64,000 nt of DNA, from contig CAZTQT010000002.1 in assembly GCA_964615625.1 (NCBI GenBank), positions 5,555 to 69,554 of the forward strand, in the 5' to 3' direction. The position numbers and the translations under genes were made by a program. The notes beneath the pieces are model-generated. The model made no database searches. It was not told the DNA's origin and saw only the letters and a list, made by a program, of their open reading frames with translations. This DNA is from an uncultured Candidatus Saccharibacteria bacterium (lineage in GTDB: Bacteria; Patescibacteriota; WWE3; UBA101185; UBA10185). Positions 59,677 to 64,000 of the stretch are shown one piece after another (position 1 is the first letter of the stretch; the number at the start of each line of letters is the position of its first letter).

Positions 59677-61890
59677 CTATACTAAAGAAGTAAGGGTTTC
59701 ACGCTTCTTTTCATTTTTCGGCATGGGGTTAGACCAACTACTCCAATCACAATCAGGGTATTTACTACAACCATAGAAAGTTTTTCTTTTTGCTTTTTTA
59801 ACAACCACATCACCATCACCACATTGTGGGCACTTCATGCCTATTTTTTCTAAATAATTTTTGGTTGTTTTGCATTTTGGATAATTACTGCAAGCTAAAA
59901 ATTTACCAAATCTCCCCTGTCTTAAGACAAAGACACCGTCTTCACAATTGGGACACTTTCCATAATCAACATTCTGCTCTTCTTCTGAACCACCCGTCTC
60001 GTTACTTAAAGGTTTGGCATATTTACAATCAGGATAACCAGAACAACTTAAAAATTTTCCATATTTACCAAGTTTAAAAACCAACACTTTCCCACAATCA
60101 GGACATTTTTCGTCACTTTCTCCAAGATTTGTCACATCTCTTTTGCTTAAAATTTGTTCTTTTTCTAATAATTCTTTCTCAAAAGGTTCGTAGAAATTTC
60201 TTATAACAGGCACCCACTCCTTGTCTCCAGCTGCTATGTCATCCAAGGACTTCTCCATCTCAGCTGTAAATCCATAATCAACAACATCCTGAAAATGCTC
60301 TACTAGTAAATCGTTTACAACATAAGCAACATCTTTTGGAACAAAATATTTTCCATCTTTTTCAACGTATCCTCGAGCTTGGATTGTAGTTATTGTAGGA
60401 GCGTATGTTGAAGGTCGCCCCACACCTAACTCTTCCATTTTTTTAATTAAAGTTGCATCACTATATCTGGCAGGAGGTTGTGTAAAGTGTTGCTCAGATG
60501 TAATTGACTTTAAATTTACACTTTCTCCTTCTGAAACATTTGGCATTATGGATCCTTCAACGTTCTCATCTTCACCTGATTCAGAATTTTGCCCTATACC
60601 TAAAAACTTACCTACTTCTAACCACCCACTAAATTTTATTTGAGATCCTGTAGCTCTAAACAAATATTTCTTTTGAGATAAAACATTAACAGATGTTTGA
60701 TCGTATATTGCTGGGGTCATTTGACACTCAATAGATCTTTTCCAAATTATTGAATAAACTTTCAACTCATCTTCTTTTAGTTTTTTACCACTTTTGCTCG
60801 GTATAAAAAGGACATTAGTCGGTCTTATCGCTTCATGAGCTTCTTGTGCGTTCTTTGACTTTGTTTTATAAAAATTAGGTTTTTCAGGAATAAATGAAGG
60901 TCCAAAATTACTTTTAATAAAATCTCTAGCACTATTAACAAAAGCTGGAGATAAATTTAAAGAGTCTGTCCTATGATAAGTAATATAACCATGTTCAAAT
61001 AAACTTTGAGCAGCTGACATTGTTCTTTTTGCTGTAAATCCAAAAACATTAGACATTGTTTGTTGAAGTGTTGAAGTACTTAAAGGAGCGTAGGGCTTAC
61101 TACTTCTCTCTGTCTTTTTCACAGAATCTATAACAAAACTATCTTCTTTTAAATCCTTTTCTATTTTTTGAGCACTTTCCTTATTAGGTATCTCAATTTT
61201 CTTTTTGTCTTTTTCAACTAAAGAGGCTTCAAAGTTGCTTTTGCTTGAAACTGAATTAAATAGCCCTTTCATACTCCAGTATTCTTCTGATTTGAAAGCA
61301 TCTCTTTCTCTTTCTTTTTCAACAACTAATCTAACAGCAACACTTTGAACTCTCCCTGCTGAAAGACCATACATTACCTTTTTCCATAATAATGGAGAAA
61401 GTTTATAACCAACAAGTCTATCTAACACTCTTCTTGCCTGTTGTGCATCTACTAAGTCTGTATTTATGCTACCTACATTTTTGAAAGCTTCTTTTATAGC
61501 ATTCTCAGTAAGCTCATGAAAAACGACCCTTCCAAATTTCACGTCTTTTTTTTCATCTGTTTTTGTTTTTTTACTTTTTGATTTTTTGCCTGATGGTTTA
61601 AGAAGATATTCTAAATGCCACGCTATTGCCTCTCCTTCTCTATCAGGGTCTGTTGCTAATATTATCTCATCAGCGTCTTCGGATTTTTGTTTTAAGTTAG
61701 AGATAGTTTTTTTAGCTTTTGGAGGAACAATGTACTCTGGTTCAAAATTTTTTTCAACATCTACGCCAAGACCACTTTTAGGGAGATCCCTTATATGGCC
61801 CATGGAAGCTTCTATTATGTAATCTTTCTTAGGTAAAATCGCAGAAAGAGTTTTAGCCTTTGTTGGTGATTCTACTATTACTAATTTCAT
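59677..61890 (-). CDS. topA: DNA topoisomerase I
   Basis: Toprim N-terminus LVIVESPTKAK, an active-site Tyr region, and C-terminal C4 zinc ribbons. Confidence 0.9.
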   Translation of the reverse strand: MKLVIVESPTKAKTLSAILPKKDYIIEASMGHIRDLPKSGLGVDVEKNFEPEYIVPPKAKKTISNLKQKSEDADEIILATDPDREGEAIAWHLEYLLKPSGKKSKSKKTKTDEKKDVKFGRVVFHELTENAIKEAFKNVGSINTDLVDAQQARRVLDRLVGYKLSPLLWKKVMYGLSAGRVQSVAVRLVVEKERERDAFKSEEYWSMKGLFNSVSSKSNFEASLVEKDKKKIEIPNKESAQKIEKDLKEDSFVIDSVKKTERSSKPYAPLSTSTLQQTMSNVFGFTAKRTMSAAQSLFEHGYITYHRTDSLNLSPAFVNSARDFIKSNFGPSFIPEKPNFYKTKSKNAQEAHEAIRPTNVLFIPSKSGKKLKEDELKVYSIIWKRSIECQMTPAIYDQTSVNVLSQKKYLFRATGSQIKFSGWLEVGKFLGIGQNSESGEDENVEGSIMPNVSEGESVNLKSITSEQHFTQPPARYSDATLIKKMEELGVGRPSTYAPTITTIQARGYVEKDGKYFVPKDVAYVVNDLLVEHFQDVVDYGFTAEMEKSLDDIAAGDKEWVPVIRNFYEPFEKELLEKEQILSKRDVTNLGESDEKCPDCGKVLVFKLGKYGKFLSCSGYPDCKYAKPLSNETGGSEEEQNVDYGKCPNCEDGVFVLRQGRFGKFLACSNYPKCKTTKNYLEKIGMKCPQCGDGDVVVKKAKRKTFYGCSKYPDCDWSSWSNPMPKNEKKRETLTSLV

Positions 61891-61966
61891 ATAAACTTGA
61901 TAAATGATACCACGAAGAATTTTTTGTCAACATTTTTGAACTTAAAATTTTGCAATTACAACCAAT

Positions 61967-62248
61967 TTGTCATACAATATACCCTATAGAGATATAGAAA
62001 AAGGAGAGAAAATGGTACTACAATTTATTAAAAACCACCCTGGATATGTGGTAGCGATTGTTCTATTCGTTTTGGATGTGGTTTTCATATACTTAACATT
62101 CAAAACATCACCGTCAGTTGTAAATGGTAATAAGAAAGAAGACAGTGATAAAATACCGTTAGTAACATTAATAAGCGCCTGGGCAAGTATGATCTTAGGA
62201 TTTTCTTGGATGGTCGCATTAGTGGTAACGTGGATTTTTAAACTATAA
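61967..62248 (+). CDS. Small membrane protein, hypothetical
   Basis: Two TM helices over 93 aa. Confidence 0.4.
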   Translation: MSYNIPYRDIEKGEKMVLQFIKNHPGYVVAIVLFVLDVVFIYLTFKTSPSVVNGNKKEDSDKIPLVTLISAWASMILGFSWMVALVVTWIFKL

Positions 62249-62321
62249 ATCCAAATCAAACCCCGAGACTGTAAAAACCTCGGGGTTATTTTTATCCTTC
62301 AAACCGTGGTAAAATACTGAT

Positions 62322-62879
62322 ATGGCAGTAAAAAATATTGTAACTACACCTAACGAAATACTAAACAAAAAAACCCAGAAAGTGGGTAATATAGATGATG
62401 AAATTATTAATATAGCAAAAGACTTAATAGACACTGTAAAAGTAGCTGAAGAACCTGAAGGTGCAGGTCTTGCTGCCACCCAAATTGGTGTTTCAAAAAG
62501 AATGTGCGTAGTAAGAAATTTTTTTGAGGATCCTCTAAATCCAAATGAAGTGAAATCTCACGAGATTATATTAATAAACCCAAAAATAACTCACTACTCT
62601 GATGAAAAAGAAATAGACTGGGAAGGTTGTTTAAGTGTTCCAGATGTGTATGGTCTTGTTGAAAGAGCAAAAAAAATAAAAGTTACTGCAAAAGATTTGG
62701 AAGGAAATATCTTAAAAATAAAGGCAGAAGGATTTTTTGCTAGAACTATACAACACGAAGTGGATCATTTAGACGGTACCCTCTTTACGTCAAAAATAGA
62801 AGGAGATACTTTAACTCAAAAACAATTTGATGAAATGTTAGAAAAAAATAAAGACAATGATGAATATGAAAACAATTAA
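62322..62879 (+). CDS. def: Peptide deformylase
   Basis: GAGLAATQIG, EGCLSVP and QHEVDHLDG motifs. Confidence 0.9.
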   Translation: MAVKNIVTTPNEILNKKTQKVGNIDDEIINIAKDLIDTVKVAEEPEGAGLAATQIGVSKRMCVVRNFFEDPLNPNEVKSHEIILINPKITHYSDEKEIDWEGCLSVPDVYGLVERAKKIKVTAKDLEGNILKIKAEGFFARTIQHEVDHLDGTLFTSKIEGDTLTQKQFDEMLEKNKDNDEYENN

Positions 62880-63801
62880 AATAATATTCTTTGGCACATC
62901 AGACAGGTCTTTGCCAATACTGGAATCATTAAATACTAATTTCAACCTATGCCTATGTGTAACAAAACAAAATTCAAAAATAGGAAGAAAACAAATTGAA
63001 AAAGAAACAGAAGTCAAAAGTTGGTCAAAGAAAAATAATATTGATTTTATAGAAATAGGGTCACTAAAAAAACAAGACCTAGAGGATGTTGTTAAAAAAA
63101 TCAAAGATGTATCTCCTGATTACATAATAGTAGCAGATTTTAGTTTTATAATCCCAAAAAAAATAATAGATACTGTAAAAGGCAATATAATTAATATACA
63201 CTTCTCTCTTTTGCCTAAATACCGGGGTGCAAGCCCTGTACAGTTTGCAATTTTGAACGGAGATGATGTTACAGGAATAACTTATTATTTATTAGATGAA
63301 GGGATGGATAATGGTAAGATAATTTCACAAATTGAGTACAAATTAGATACAAAATATACATCAGGGGAACTTTATCAAATTTTATTCAACATAGCTGCAG
63401 AAAATTTACCACAAGTTATAAAAAATATGTCAGAAAATAAAATTATTTTAAAAACTCAAGATGAAAAACAAGCAACCTATACTATTTCAAAAACTAATCC
63501 AAAACATACATTTATTTTTAAAGAAGACGCGTTAATAAATTGGCAAAACTCTCCTGAAGAAATAGAAAGAAGTATAAGAGCATACAATCCTTGGCCAATA
63601 TCCTGGACGTATTTAAAAGATATTGAAGAAAACCATAACTTGGATGAAGAGGTGATATTAAAAAATCACATTGATAAAAATTTAAAAGTAAAAATATTTA
63701 GCTCAGAATTAGTAAACGAAAAGTTGAGAATTAAAACTTTACAAATAGAAGGTAAGGGTAAAATAACTTGGAAAGAATTTAGAAACGGATATGTTTTGTA
63801 A
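62857..63801 (+). CDS. fmt: Methionyl-tRNA formyltransferase
   Basis: Formyltransferase core HFSLLPKYRGASPVQ, with def–fmt synteny. Confidence 0.9.
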   Translation: MMNMKTIKIIFFGTSDRSLPILESLNTNFNLCLCVTKQNSKIGRKQIEKETEVKSWSKKNNIDFIEIGSLKKQDLEDVVKKIKDVSPDYIIVADFSFIIPKKIIDTVKGNIINIHFSLLPKYRGASPVQFAILNGDDVTGITYYLLDEGMDNGKIISQIEYKLDTKYTSGELYQILFNIAAENLPQVIKNMSENKIILKTQDEKQATYTISKTNPKHTFIFKEDALINWQNSPEEIERSIRAYNPWPISWTYLKDIEENHNLDEEVILKNHIDKNLKVKIFSSELVNEKLRIKTLQIEGKGKITWKEFRNGYVL

Positions 63802-63802
63802 A

Positions 63803-64000
63803 TTACTCTAAAGACTCGTTAGATTCTTCTGACTTCTCTGCTTCTAAAAGTGCTGCTATTTCTTTTTCATCTTTTTTTATTCTCTTTAAACAAGATGAAC
63901 ATAATACAACTTTTACTTTTGAACCATTTATTAAAAATCTTTTAACTCTTAGGTTAACGGAATTTCTTGTAGTAGTTCTTCTAGTAACACGGTTACCAAT
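63803..64000 (-). CDS. rpmB: 50S ribosomal protein L28. C-terminal part only; the start lies beyond the window end.
   Basis: Reverse translation gives GNRVTRR…KRFLINGSKVKVVLCSSCLKRIKK (L28 pattern). Absent from the ORF track because it is truncated by the window edge. Confidence 0.6.
   Translation of the reverse strand: MGNRVTRRTTTRNSVNLRVKRFLINGSKVKVVLCSSCLKRIKKDEKEIAALLEAEKSEESNESLE

Overview
The window is AT-rich, roughly one-third GC by eye, and compact, with short intergenic spacers and several trimmed housekeeping proteins (EF-Ts 152 aa, RF1 322 aa, delta-prime-like 228 aa). This fits a reduced-genome, Patescibacteria/CPR-like or similar bacterium, but that is inference. Most of the window is core replication, repair and translation machinery in conserved micro-synteny: gyrB–DHH–gyrA–rnhB, ruvC–yebC, ylyA-like–lspA–rluA-family, rpmE–prfA, rpsF–ssb–rpsR, dnaX–recR, rpsU–yqeY–ybeY–pth, rpsB–tsf–frr–rseP, def–fmt, plus topA, dnaB, efp, cysS, tgt and ychF. 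The less ordinary parts are listed below.
- Convergent gene orientation at about 8.4–11.4 kb, with a Xer-type tyrosine recombinase next to a 1 kb repeat-rich non-coding region carrying a dif-like imperfect palindrome, so this is a candidate replication terminus.
- A membrane-anchored HerA/FtsK/VirB4-superfamily ATPase with hypothetical neighbours.
- Three tandem paralogous genes built from a roughly 35-aa Cys-containing helical repeat, with duplicated RBS and terminator sequences.
- tRNA-Leu(CAA) and tRNA-His(GTG), each with its 3' end duplicated about 200 bp away, and a 42-bp inverted repeat pair bracketing the tRNA-Leu–dnaB–MBL–tRNA-His segment.
- A GC-rich 180-bp structured element after tRNA-His.
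- A small gene cluster at 26.5–28.7 kb encoding a Cys-ladder octapeptide-repeat, beta-solenoid-like protein and paralogous signal-anchored small proteins.
- Several structured intergenic regions at 42.6–43.1 kb and 57.7–58.05 kb that may hold ncRNAs.
No CRISPR array, rRNA or obvious IS transposase was seen.
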